Shown piece after piece: positions 38,065 through 51,020 of a DNA stretch of 64,000 bases (position 1 is the first letter of the stretch; each line of letters begins with the position of its first letter). Origin of the DNA: Octopus bimaculoides. Its lineage: Eukaryota. Under the pieces are notes generated by a model, which was not told where the DNA came from, made no database searches, and saw nothing but the letters and a program-made list of their open reading frames with translations. The stretch lies in the NCBI RefSeq assembly GCF_001194135.2, contig NC_068983.1, positions 32,235,398-32,299,397 of the forward strand. The letters run 5' to 3'. The translations under genes were made by a program, and so were the position numbers.

Positions 38065-38960
38065 CTTCATCATCATCATTATCATGTAGTGTCCAGTTTC
38101 TGTGTTAGTATGGGTTAGATGGTTTGACAGAATCTGATGAGTTGGAGGACATCATGTTCTAGTGTTTATTTTAGCATGCTTTAGTTCGTGGGAGTTCCTT
38201 TATGCTGATGACTTAGCTCTTATAATAGCAAATATTGTGGAAGATATAAAGAATAATTCTAGACATGGAAGCAAAACCCAGAATCAAGAGGACTCAGAAT
38301 AAATTTAGTGAATATTAATGTTTTAGTCAGTAGGAAGGAAAGTAGAGCACTGATACCACCAGGCAAATGGCTGTGTTCAATATGCAGAAAAGAAATAGGA
38401 AGAAATTCCATATGATATACTCATTGTGAAGTATGGCTGTACAAAAGGTGTAGCAGAATCAAAGACAAGTGATAGTGAATAAAGACTTTACTTGTGGTAA
38501 ATGTACAGAAATAGCCCTCTGGGCACCAGTAAAATAAATTCCTTGAAATGCCCAGAAGGATTTATATAAATAGTTGACAACTTTTCTTTCTTTTGAGACC
38601 TAATCAGCAACATTTAACAAGAAAGTGTAATGGCTATAACCAGAATGGGAGTGAAAAAATTTAGGGAGCTGTTACGTCAGCTGATGTCAAAAGAGCTATC
38701 TCTGAGCAAATAGTAGCTTGTATAATGCATGTGTATGATGAACTGTGATATTTCATAGTAGAGAGACATGGGCACTAAATGCAAAAGATGTATCAGGGAT
38801 GGAAAGAAACAAAGCAAGTACGATCTACTGGATGCGTAATGACACAATGAACAAATGATGAGACACAAATGGGCTGACAGAAAAACTGGGTATAAGAGGA
38901 ATCAGTTGTAATTGTACAAGAGAGTTGCACTGATATGGACATGTAATGTGTATGGGTGAA
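38065..38960. mobile_element. RTE copy with minus-strand tail (38065-38182) joined to plus-strand RT region (38188-38960)
   Basis: (CAT)n tail, then WEFLYADDLA at about 38190-38215 and downstream C-terminal domains. Confidence 0.6.
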
Positions 38961-39004
38961 AAATATGTCAGGTAATTCATGTGGAAGGAATTAATAAGTT
39001 CAAT

Positions 39005-40410
39005 AGTTTAACTGGAACTGATAAGCTGGAGGGCTGCACCAGGCTCCAATTTGTTTTAGCTTGATTTTTATGGCTGGATGCTCTTCCTAATGCCAACCAC
39101 TCCACAGAGTGTATTGGGTACTTTTTACATGTTGCTGACATGGATGCCTTTTACATGGCACCAGCAAGGGCATCTTTTACGTGTTACTGGCACATGCACC
39201 TTTTACATGTCACCAGAACTGGTGCCTGTTACATGTCACCAGCACAGGTACCTTTTATGTGTCCCTGGCACTGGCCACAACTACAATTTCGCTTAGCTTG
39301 ACATATCTTCTCAAGCATAACAAATTGCCAAGAGTCTCGGTCATCTCTGTGAGACTCAACACCCAAAGATCATATTTCACCTCCTTGTCCCACATCTTCC
39401 TGAGTTCCCTCCACAGGTTTCCTCCACAGTTAGAGATTAGCACTTTTTTATGCAGCTGTACTCATCCAGATGCACCATATGGTTATACCAGCACAGTATT
39501 CTTTCTTGCATGCTACATCTACCCAATTTTTCTCTTAAGATACACTCTGTCATATGTGTACACTGACATTGCATGCCCAGCGGAGAATACTAGTACATGT
39601 TTCACTGCCATGTAGTATGAGTTTTCACACACGGGTGTCATACAATCTGCTTTTCACTCTGAGGGAGAAGCCCTTTGTTACCAACAAAGATATTAGCTCT
39701 CTGAACTTCACTCAGCCTGTTCCTATTCTGGCAGCTATACTCTCAGAGCATTCTCTTCCACTGCAGATTTGGTCACCTAGGTAATGGAAGCTATCTACTA
39801 CTTCTAAATATCCCCCTAGGCATTTGACAAAGTCTATTCTTTGTACAATCCTAGTGTTTATTGTGCCTACACATCTGCCACATACAAAGAATACTTTTTC
39901 TGTTAACCTTCCTCTGATACTACTGCACCTCCTATGTGTCCATAGCTTGTATTAGGTACACTTTATAGAGTTTCTACCTATACCTTTCCTACATATTTAG
40001 TAGGGCCATTGCCCTGAAAGGATTTGTGATTTGTCAATTTTCCTACTTATTAAGACTTTGGTCTTTGCTAAATTAACCCTAAGGCCATTTGATTCCAGAC
40101 CTTGCTTCCACACCTGAAATTTTTCTCTAGTTCTGCTAATGATTCAGCTATAAGAACAAGGTCATCACCATAGAGGAGCTCCCTAGGGAAGCCAGTCTTA
40201 AATTCCTCTGTTATGTCTTCGAGGATTATGACGAACAAGAGAAGGCTGAGAACTGACCCTTGGTGAAATTCTTCCTGTACACTGAATTTTCACTTTATAA
40301 TATCCTGGTGCATGGCTTCTACAGCTCTCACCAACCACTCATCTATCCCTAGCTTAAACATTGACTACCAGATGACAGAGTGGGAGACCCTATCAAGGGC
40401 TTTTTGTAAG
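39005..40410 (-). mobile_element. RTE LINE: RT, C-terminus and contiguous 3' UTR
   Basis: FVDLQKALDRV, VLSLLLF, LYGDDLV; ORF end contiguous with the UTR repeat array. Confidence 0.85.
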
Positions 40411-41699
40411 TCAACAAAAGCCAGTCTGTTTCTATTATTTTATTATATATTGCCTTCAATATGAAAACAGTACATTGGCAGAGACAATAGTATGTTCAAC
40501 AAGGTAAATTTTTAATTTCATTCTTCTTGTAAATCCAGTCAGAAACTAATTGCAATTCCAAAGAACATTTTATGGCAATATATATATGTTGCAATAATAA
40601 GGATTTCTCCTTGAATCAAAAGTTCAAGTTTTGAGGGTAGTGGTTAGCCAATTGAATCAACTTCATTATATTATTTACTATCAGTATTACAGGTGTGAGA
40701 GTGTTGGAAATAAATGGTAAAGATGATAACATAGAGTTTTTTAGATTCTTGCTTTAATAGAAGAAAGTGGCAGAAATGGTAGAATGACATGATGGACAAA
40801 ATATCTCTCAGTATTTAATAGCATTTATAAGTGTTTTAGTCCTACCAAGGATAACTTTGATTTTTTAAAAACTCTTCTGGAGATGATTAAATAAGTGCCC
40901 CAATACTTAATTAATGTTCATTGCTTTTATTTCTCACCCTACATTTTTTAATGGTATTATGTAAATGTGAGAAATCATTCCAGTATATTCCAATAGTTTC
41001 TTTACTCAGATTGTTAATAATTAAATTCTCTCTGCACCCAAGTGATTGTGTTGACAAAATCCTGCATTGTCACCACTAATACATACTTAGCATTTTTTCA
41101 GGTGTGCTAAGCTTTATATGTAATTGTATTTTAGTAATTTTGACTATATGTGGGCTGGTGTGTGTAGGTTGTTCAATGTAGATTGTTGAATTTATGAGTT
41201 TTGGTGATGATGGTGAGTCTCACAAATTAATCAGGTTACAAAAGTAACAACTGAAACTGAAGGTTGTTACTTCTATAACCTGATTAATTTGGGCTATCTG
41301 TAATGTGTTAACAATGTATTGTTCTATTTAGTTTTGTTGTTATTGATGCATGGCCTCAGGTTACCCTTAATTAAAAGAGGTCTATAATTAAAGATATTAG
41401 ACAATGACCAATATATCTAATGTATAATATTTAGATAGAATATCCAGGACAACATTATCCATTATGTCTATTTTAAAGATAGTATAATAATATTTTAGGG
41501 GTCATTTGGCTACTATTTCTAGTCAGTTGAGTTCTGCATAGGGGTTCCCTCATTAGCTGTCAGACTGTTGTAGTTCAACTAGGATGTTATGACAGTAGAT
41601 AAGATAAGTGTAAACATATTTAATGTAGAGAACATAAAAAATTTAACTCAAAATTATTGGAGGAGACGAAAAGAAAACATTAGTCATTGATTAATATTC

Positions 41700-41756
41700 A
41701 CTGCTGCTGCCGCCACCACCAACAACAACAGCAACAACAGCAGTAGCAACAGCAGA

Positions 41757-41823
<67 letters not shown>

Positions 41824-41883
41824 GCAGCAGCAGCAGCAGCAGCAACAACAACAACAACAACAACAACAACATCATCATCATCA
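41700..41883. repeat. (CAA/CAG)n trinucleotide array
   Basis: Direct inspection; source of the poly-L ORF. Confidence 0.9.
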
Positions 41884-42083
41884 TTTTACATAGTGGTAAG
41901 TTGGACAGTTAATAGGATCTGATGGGTCAAAGGACCACATTTTCCTGTAGTGTCCCAGTGTTGAGTATGGAGGGGTAATAATGGAGGATGCAGAGGAAAA
42001 ACAAAAAATAATGACAGAGGTTAGTGTGAAAGAGAAGTAGAAAGGGTGGTAGTGAGGGTTCTGTTGGAAGACCCAGCGCTTAT

Positions 42084-42560
42084 CATCGTTATCATCATCA
42101 TCATCATTTAACATCGGCTTTCCATGCTGGCATGGGATGGATGGTTTGATGAGAGCTAGTAAGCTGAAGTTGCTGCACCAGGTCCCAATTGTCTGTTTTG
42201 GCTTGGTCTCAATGACTGGATGCCCTTCCTAACACCAACCACTTTACAGTCTTTTTATGTCTTTTTACGTGGCACTGGCACAGTTGCTTTTTTATGTGAC
42301 ACCAGCACGAGTGCTTGTTGCATGGCACTGGCACAGGCACAAGTGCTTTATATATGGCATTGGTATGGATGCTTATTATGTGGCATCAGTATGGGTACTT
42401 TTTACATGGCATCAGCTCGTCCACATTATATATATGTCTCACCCATGCTAGCATGGAACATGGACGTTAAAGGATGATGATGATGATGATGATGATATAT
42501 CATCATTTTACATTCTCTTTCCATGCTTGCTTGGGTTGGATGGGTTTCTAAAAATCTGAG
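42084..42560. mobile_element. cluster of three RTE tail fragments in alternating orientation
   Basis: Minus tail 42084-42420, plus tail 42437-42495, minus tail 42497-42560. Confidence 0.65.
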
Positions 42561-43075
42561 TCAGTTCTTGTTGGAGTTATACAAGTTTATTGTCGAGAGG
42601 GGGCAATTGGAAGAGACCAGCAGAGACAGTGTTAAGGAAGGATAATAGAAGGGAAAGGGGAAAAACAGTCATATCTGAGTGTTAGTGAGAAAGAGCTGGA
42701 GTATGATGAGGATGAGGAAAAAGGTTGAGTAGGAAGAGATGCAGTGCTACTCCATGCTACACATGGGTAATCAGAGTGGTTTGTGCAGAAGTTATAAGAT
42801 GATGATAACAATGAGCCAGACTGTATCTCTAAATAGCATGTCCAAGAGAGCATAGGGACAGAACAATTAGGGAGGGTGAGTTAGAGTTTCATGAGTCAAA
42901 CTCTAAATACCTTTCAGTGTTAAGGTATGTCACTTCAGAGTAATTGAATCTAACCTTCTCTGTAAACCAAAACAGCCATAAATTTTACATCGTTACTTCT
43001 TACAGCAGTGATTTGATCTTAGGTTAGTGATCCATTTTTATGTAGATGGGACCATTTAACATTTAAATATATTGG

Positions 43076-43143
<68 letters not shown>

Positions 43144-43600
43144 AGAATTGGTGGTGGAATACAAACTACTAACTTCTTATCTGATTGCTGTTTGATACCC
43201 TATTGTCTTTGTCATCCAAGATCTTGATGTGTCTCAACAAATCTGTATATATGATGGATCTCATGTTAGTTTCAACAATGATCATTCCAGTTGTTCAATC
43301 AACTGAACTACATTCATCATATTACAGTGTAAGTGATTGAGTATTCCACAGTCACATGTACCCTTGATGTAACTCTCAGGTAGATTCAGCATCACACAGA
43401 ATGTGGCAAAGCTCATCCTTTGAATTACAGGCTTCTGTTTACTTAATTTCACTCAGAAAACTTGGGTCAACGTAAACTTGCAAAGCTGAAGATACTTGCA
43501 TAATGTGCCATGGTGTCAAGTAATAATATTGGCCTAAATCAACATAGCTGCCATACAAACTTCTTAACTATTCCCTCATGTATATGTATATTTACTCAGG

Positions 43601-43638
<38 letters not shown>

Positions 43639-43738
43639 CACATGCACACACACATATGCACATGCACATGCACACACAGACATGCACACGCACATGCACA
43701 TACACACATTAACACATATTCACACATACCCACTCATA

Positions 43739-45282
43739 CAGGGGTTGGACAAAATAATGGAAACAACTAGCATCATAGCATCATAATTTTGAAATATCAA
43801 TAAAACTGTCAAAAGCTTGTTTATAATAATAATAATAATGAAATTATTGTATACAATGCTCAGGTGCACTACAACTTATCAAAAGTGCGTATAAGGCATA
43901 TGTAGTAATGTACAAATGTCTGGAAAGTGAACAGTTTATGAGTCAGATACATGCTTGCATGTGTATGAAGGGGAGAAAATCAGGTGTAGTGTTGGCGAAT
44001 CTCAGGAAGCATGGAAGTTTTGAAGGATGCAGTGCTCTGACAACTAACAATTGATGCTGGCAGTTTGTTCCATACTTCAGCAAATCTTAGCATGAAAAAA
44101 TGTTTCCGAAAGTCATGGGAGCTGTGCTATTTTCTAGTGTCACTTAATATGTTTTGCTAAAATTGCTATTTCTTTTTAGATATCACCAGAAAAAGGTAAT
44201 TAAAATTCATTAAAATGACAGATCTATTGGACTTTCAAAGAGGTAAAATTGTTGGTGCTCGTATGGCAGGTGCTAGCATAATGAATGCTGCCGAATAGTT
44301 TGGTGTATCAAGAAGTACTATCTTGAAAGTAATGACAGCCTTTGAGAAAGAGGGAAAAACCTCCTTGTGGAAACAAAACTCAGGAAGAAAACCAAAACTT
44401 TCAGCTAGGGACTGTTGAACTCTTATGTGAATTGTTAGAAAGGATCACAAAAGTACAGCTCCCAAAATTACTGCAGAGCTTAATGACCACCTCAAGAACC
44501 CAGTTTCCACAAAAACTGTTTGCCAGGAGCTGCACAAAGCCAGATTTCACAGGAGGGCTGCAATCAGAAAACCACTACTTTCAAAAACAAATGTTGCAAA
44601 GCATTTAGAGTGGAGTAAAAACCTACAGAATTGGCCCCTAGAGCAGTGGAAGACTGTTATTTTCTTGGACGAGTCATCCTTTACTTTATTTCTGACCACC
44701 GGCCGAGTATATGTGTGGAGGCAGCCAAAAGAAGCATTTGATCCAGACTGCCTTCTTCCAGCTGTTAGACATGGAGGAGGATTTGTGATGATCGGGGTGG
44801 TGGGGTGGTGGGGGTGGTGTTATATCTTGGAAATCTGCTGGGTCAATGGTTTCCCTTCATGGCAAAATTAATAGTCAAGACTATTTAAACATTTTATCTG
44901 ATCAAATTCATCCTATGGTTACAGATAATGTACCAATTCACACAACTAAAGTTGTTACTGAATGGCACGAGGAGCATTCTAGTGAAGTTGAACATCTTAT
45001 CTGGCAACTGCAGGCCCCAGGTCTCAATATCATTGAACATTTATGGTGCATTTTAGAAAAACAGGTAAGGAGTCGATATCCTCCACCATCATCACTACAA
45101 GAAATGGAGACTTTTCTAGCTGAAGAATGGACAAAAATTCCTTTAGAAACAATTCAAACTTTGTACTGAGTCCATACCTTGTAGAATTCAAATTGTAATT
45201 ACTGCCAAAGGCAGTCCTACCCCATATTAAAATAAATTTGTTTGAAATTTTAAGTTGTTTCCATTATTTTGTCCAACCCCTG
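43739..45282 (+). mobile_element. full-length Tc1 transposon, transposase disrupted
   Basis: Perfect 30-bp TIRs CAGGGGTTGGACAAAATAATGGAAACAACT, TA TSD; MTDLLDFQRGKIVG..., FLDESSF, DNVPIH, LNIIEHLW, ending TPY-stop. Confidence 0.95.
43823..44127 (-). mobile_element. CR1-like LINE 3' end nested in the Tc1
   Basis: FRKHFFMLRFAEVWNKLPASIV...SFK-type C-terminus, (ATT)n tail. Confidence 0.75.
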
Positions 45283-45353
45283 TATGTTCACACACATATA
45301 CACACACAAATACACACACACACACACACGCATGCGCGCACACACACACACAT

Positions 45354-45397
<44 letters not shown>

Positions 45398-45654
45398 CGT
45401 TCATCATTGTTGAGCTTGACATCCTGATGATAAGTTAATGTGATATTGAAATGTCAATTATATGGGAACTTGGGAAAATTTGTATAAATGCTATCAATAA
45501 TAATAAATGAACAACAACTAGAAAAGATATATATGTATATGTGTGTATGTGTGTGTGTATGTGTACATACATACATGTATACATGTGTGTATGAGTATAT
45601 ATATATATATATATATATGATTGCACACACATGTACACGCACATATAGGCACAT

Positions 45655-46140
45655 GCATGGCAATGTGGTTAAGACGTTTGCTTCTCAATCCAAGGATTTC
45701 AGGTTCAGTTCCACTGTATAATACCCTAGGCAATATCCTCTGGTATGGCTCTCAATCAGTTACAATGACAAGTGATCCAGTTGATATGATCAACCAAACA
45801 ACCTGCTCATGAAACTAATGTGCAAGTTGCTGAGCAGTCCACAGACATGCACATCTTTAATGTAATTCTCAGGGAGATTCAGCATGGCACAGAATGTGAC
45901 AAGGTTGCCTCCTTGAATTACAAGTACAACTTATTTTTGCCAGTTGAGTGGACTAGAGCAATGTGAAATAAAGTGTCTTGCTTAAGGGCACTGCCAGTAG
46001 TTGAACTCAGGACCTTATGATTGTGAGAATACCTAGCCACAAAGCCATGCGCTTTCACTGTTTTCTACTACAGGACTGGCCAAATAAAGTTTTTGAATGG
46101 ATTTGGTAGACGGAAACTGAAAGAAACTCTTTGAGTATGT
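45655..46140. mobile_element. composite of degenerate tRNA-derived SINEs
   Basis: GTGGTTAAG...GGTTCAGTTCCA head; reverse B-box near 46000. Confidence 0.55.
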
Positions 46141-46459
46141 AATATAAGTATGTGTGTGTGTGTGTGTGTGTGTTCATGACACTCCTTATTTTGAGATCAG
46201 ACAATAATTGTACAAATAGTGTTGTTTATTTGCAATATTCTGTGCAAACATGTCTAACCAATGGGCAACTCATGTTTCAAGAATTAGAGGAAATATCTTA
46301 TTTGGTAAGAGAGGGGGCATTTGGCAGTGCAAAATTTACCTCAACAAATATATTGAATCATGCAAGCAGGGCAAGAGGATGTTATAATGATAATGATGAT
46401 AAACAGGTATATATATATGTATGTGTGTTGTGTATGTGTGCATATATGCTGGTATATAT

Positions 46460-46716
46460 ATGACTGGCTCTTGTGCGGGTGGCACATAAAAGACACCATT
46501 TCGAGCGTGGCTGTTTTCGTGCGGGTGACACGTAAAAGCACCCACTACACTCTCTGAGTGGTTGGCGTTAGGAAGGGCATCCAGCTGTAGAAACTCTGCC
46601 AAATTAGATTGGAGCCTGGTGTTGCCATCCGGTTTCACCAGTCCTCAGTCAAATCGTCCAACCCATGCTAGCATGGAAAGCGGACGTTAAACGATGATGA
46701 TGATGATGATGATGAT
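46460..46716 (+). mobile_element. RTE 3' tail copy (well preserved)
   Basis: Near-identical to the reverse complement of 63797-63976. Confidence 0.85.
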
Positions 46717-46884
46717 ATATATATATATATAATGCGAGGGAGTTAGGGGTTGAGGGTTCAACCCACTAAGGGATAGTATCTATCCAGTATACTGCTGGGA
46801 GGGTACCCAATTATTGCTACACTAGTGCTATACCAAGTGCAATCAATGGGAGCGGGTAAAAGTGGAGGTTTTACCCCAAATTTG

Positions 46885-47124
46885 TATAACAATTAGAAAA
46901 TGGAGGATAATATGCTGAACCCAACTACTTGCAGTCAATGTATCCCGTTGAATTCATTAATTTAATTTGTAGCTGAAGTGACAAAAAAGAAAGAATAGAC
47001 ACCTGTACTTTGGGTTTTTTCTTTCTTTTTTGTCACTTAAGCTACGGATTAAATTAATGAATTCAACGGGTTACATTGACTGCAAGTAGTTGGGTTCAGC
47101 ATATTATCCTCCATTTTCTAATTG

Positions 47125-47129
<5 letters not shown>
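46885..47129. mobile_element. palindromic MITE (about 110-bp arms) in TA context
   Basis: TATAACAATTAGAAAATGGAGGATAATATGCTG... and its reverse complement. Confidence 0.8.
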
Positions 47130-47162
<33 letters not shown>

Positions 47163-47389
47163 ACATATAGGTATATATTCTTTTACTTGTTTCAGTCATT
47201 TGACTGCAGCCAGCTGGAGCACTGCCTTTAGTCAAACAAATCGACTCCAGAACTTATTCTTTGTAAGCCTAGTGCTTATTTCATCGGGCTCTTTTGCTGA
47301 ACAGCTAGGTTACGGAAACGTGAACACATTGGTTGTGAAGCAATGGTGGTGGTGTGGACAAACACACACACACACACACACAGAGGAAG

Positions 47390-47685
47390 AAATTTGTGCG
47401 TGTCTTGCAATATGAAGATCAGAGATGTGAAGTGTTCAGGATAGCAAGACAAATGTGTGAGAGAGAACTGATATGTCATTGGTGAGAAGCATATTTGGAA
47501 TGATGAAGGCATGGAAGTGCTATTATGAGAGGCTGCTGAATGTGGTATATGCATGGCATAACAAGGGGCTACTTCAAGTTGGTAGCAACATAGTAGATAA
47601 GCTATCAAGGGCATAGAGAGAAGGAATGCCACAGATCAGTCAGGGATAATTGTAGGGATGCTCAAAATATCTAGTGATGCAAGAT
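47390..47685 (+). mobile_element. RTE LINE fragment (endonuclease-RT linker), runs into gap
   Basis: Resembles RTE ORF2 region preceding RT; limited motif support. Confidence 0.45.
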
Positions 47686-49434
47686 NNNNNNNNNNNNNNN
47701 NNNNNNNNNNNNNNNNNNNNNNNNNNNNNNNNNNNNNNNNNNNNNNNNNNNNNNNNNNNNNNNNNNNNNNNNNNNNNNNNNNNNNNNNNNNNNNNNNNNN
47801 NNNNNNNNNNNNNNNNNNNNNNNNNNNNNNNNNNNNNNNNNNNNNNNNNNNNNNNNNNNNNNNNNNNNNNNNNNNNNNNNNNNNNNNNNNNNNNNNNNNN
47901 NNNNNNNNNNNNNNNNNNNNNNNNNNNNNNNNNNNNNNNNNNNNNNNNNNNNNNNNNNNNNNNNNNNNNNNNNNNNNNNNNNNNNNNNNNNNNNNNNNNN
48001 NNNNNNNNNNNNNNNNNNNNNNNNNNNNNNNNNNNNNNNNNNNNNNNNNNNNNNNNNNNNNNNNNNNNNNNNNNNNNNNNNNNNNNNNNNNNNNNNNNNN
48101 NNNNNNNNNNNNNNNNNNNNNNNNNNNNNNNNNNNNNNNNNNNNNNNNNNNNNNNNNNNNNNNNNNNNNNNNNNNNNNNNNNNNNNNNNNNNNNNNNNNN
48201 NNNNNNNNNNNNNNNNNNNNNNNNNNNNNNNNNNNNNNNNNNNNNNNNNNNNNNNNNNNNNNNNNNNNNNNNNNNNNNNNNNNNNNNNNNNNNNNNNNNN
48301 NNNNNNNNNNNNNNNNNNNNNNNNNNNNNNNNNNNNNNNNNNNNNNNNNNNNNNNNNNNNNNNNNNNNNNNNNNNNNNNNNNNNNNNNNNNNNNNNNNNN
48401 NNNNNNNNNNNNNNNNNNNNNNNNNNNNNNNNNNNNNNNNNNNNNNNNNNNNNNNNNNNNNNNNNNNNNNNNNNNNNNNNNNNNNNNNNNNNNNNNNNNN
48501 NNNNNNNNNNNNNNNNNNNNNNNNNNNNNNNNNNNNNNNNNNNNNNTTTTGTCACCCATCCTACATTCTCAATATCACTTCATTTTCCACTGAATGTTCC
48601 TTTCCTCTGAACACTCTCTCATATCTACCATCAGTTCCCTTACCCTCCCATGTTTGTCATTATATCTACACTTATGTATCTCTGATTTTCATCTCTATCA
48701 TTGTACATCACTCTCTTACCATCCCCACCACACTTCACATTATCTTCTTATTCCTTATCTATCTACCATCCTTCTTTTCGTACTGCTACTCATCACCTCT
48801 TCCTCCTTGGCTCATTTCTATTTCCTTCACCTTTTCCCCCACCGTTGGTCATATCTCCACATTTATTCACCATTCACTGCATTTACCATTTACTGCATTC
48901 ACCTGTAGGTGTATCTCCATCTCTAACCATTTGTCATCCTCCTTTCACCTCCATCATGCTTAATCCTCTATCCCTACTCTCTCTTATATTCAAACTCCTG
49001 TACCTTAAGGATATGGCCTGACACCTCATCACCACAATCTTTCTAGCTGGAGTTGCCATGTATCTTTTCTACCTGCTTCTGCCCCACTATTATACTGTAG
49101 CCTCTCAACACTTGGAAAAAGCAACACTCTCAATACTACTTCCCCAACTCAGTTGAGGGATCTTGTCTTGTAAGTTACTTGGTGACTTCACTCATACTAG
49201 TGCCATGTAAAAAAGGACCCAGTACATTCTGTATAGTGGTTGGCATTAGGAAGGACATCCTGCTACAAAAACCAAACCAATGTGAGTACTGGAGCTTCAT
49301 GCAGTCCTGTGGCTCATCTAATCCTGTTAAAACATCCAAACCATATTAGCATGGAAGCTGTTGATGTTAAATGATGATGATGATGATGACATATTCATAC
49401 ACACATACATACATACAAACAAACACGCACATAA

Positions 49435-50260
49435 TGTTCAGGCTAAATTTGACAGTTTGCATAAAAGGAAAAGAAAACCCAATGTCCCATTCAAAAATAA
49501 AAGTATCTTAAAAATAAAAAAAATATCAACTAGATTATAGCTGAGAAATAATTTACTTAAAGTAGTTGCACTCAGCTTCCACCACAGCCTCAAGATAGCT
49601 CTGAAACCTGGCACATGCATTCCTCACTGTATCCTTGGGAAAATCTTTAAACACTGCTTTGATCTTGGCCACTAGCTTGGCCTTGGTATTGCAAGCAGAG
49701 CACTTGGTGTCTTTCTCAACAGCACCCCATACATAGTAATCTATGGGATTACAATTGGGGGAATTAGGAGATCAGAAATTGGGGCTTGTGAAATAGTAGA
49801 AACCAATTCTGACTCTTTCTGGAGGTATGGCAAGAATCTAAATTCTGCTGCCATACATCTGGCTGACCAGTAGCAACTCTCTCCAGTCAAGTATTGACTA
49901 CAGTTTCCATCAGCTCCACATTACAGTCTGAATTAAACCTAAGGCTCTGTTCAAAGAAGTGTGACAATATGACACACCCAAAGACCATCATAGTTTTTTG
50001 GGGGGCACTTGCTTTTCACAATTTCTATGTCATGTCTTACAACCTTTATAGTGTTCACAAAGCACCGAGTAGCAGTCATTATGCCAGCATTTTGGTTCCC
50101 AGTGTGAATCATCATGACACAGGTAAATCTTTTCCAATATTCTGATGGCTTCCAGTCCTCCAGGTCAGCTAACTTTTTCTCAGCTACAACTTTAATCTTT
50201 ATGCTCTTCAATGCTGTTAACTGTTCACTAACACATCAAACTGTTCCTGACAAAAGAAGA
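49435..50260 (-). mobile_element. maT/DD37D-type Tc1-mariner remnant
   Basis: NSPNCNPIDYYVWG...LVAKIKAVF...VRNACARF..LEAVVEAE; homologous to 56460-56870. Confidence 0.75.
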
Positions 50261-50289
50261 CAAAAAAATCATCATATTTAGTGTAAACA

Positions 50290-50291
50290 CA

Positions 50292-50373
<82 letters not shown>

Positions 50374-50494
50374 GCCTGCCTGCCCACCCGCCTACCTACC
50401 TACCTACCTACCTACCTACCTACCTACCTGTCTGTCTGTCTGTCTGTCTGCCTGTCTGTCTGTCTGTCTATCTATCTAATATACTATCTATAGA

Positions 50495-50538
<44 letters not shown>

Positions 50539-50540
50539 AA
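50290..50540. repeat. compound tetranucleotide microsatellite (TATC/TGCC/TACC/TGTC, then inverted TAGA/CAGA)
   Basis: Direct inspection. Confidence 0.9.
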
Positions 50541-50559
50541 AGAATTAATGAGTACAGCA

Positions 50560-51020
50560 CTAAGTTTGGTATGCAGGTTGGAGTTCCTCAGGGTTTGTTC
50601 TCAGTCCCTGCTTATTTGTTATAGAGCTCTTGGCCATAACAGAGGAGTTTAAGGTCAGTTGACCATGGGAATAATTTTATGCTCATGATCTCATTATTAT
50701 AGCTGAATCTGTTGTGGAATTAGAAAATAAATTGTAGGTGGGAAGCATAGCCAGGAATCAAAAGGCCCTAAAGCAAAGATCAGATTTTGCTTATTAGGAA
50801 AACAAATTTATGCTTCTATCAGGGAAATAGCCTTGCTTGATATAAAGAAAAAGGAGTAAGTAGAAATTCCACATGGTGTACCCTATGTAAATTATGGGCC
50901 TGTGCAAGAGATGCAATGGAATCACAGGCAGGTTGCCAGAGAAAGTAGATTTCATATGTGATAGCTACTCAGGAGCAATTGGTGCTAAGGGCATGTGGGA
51001 AATAGACTTTCCTAAGTCTT
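50560..51020 (+). mobile_element. highly degenerate RTE RT fragment
   Basis: GVPQG...VLSP, FYAHDL (YADD remnant). Confidence 0.65.

Noticed and set aside
41684-41884. Poly-Leu/poly-Gln ORF
   Set aside because: Pure trinucleotide microsatellite without splice context
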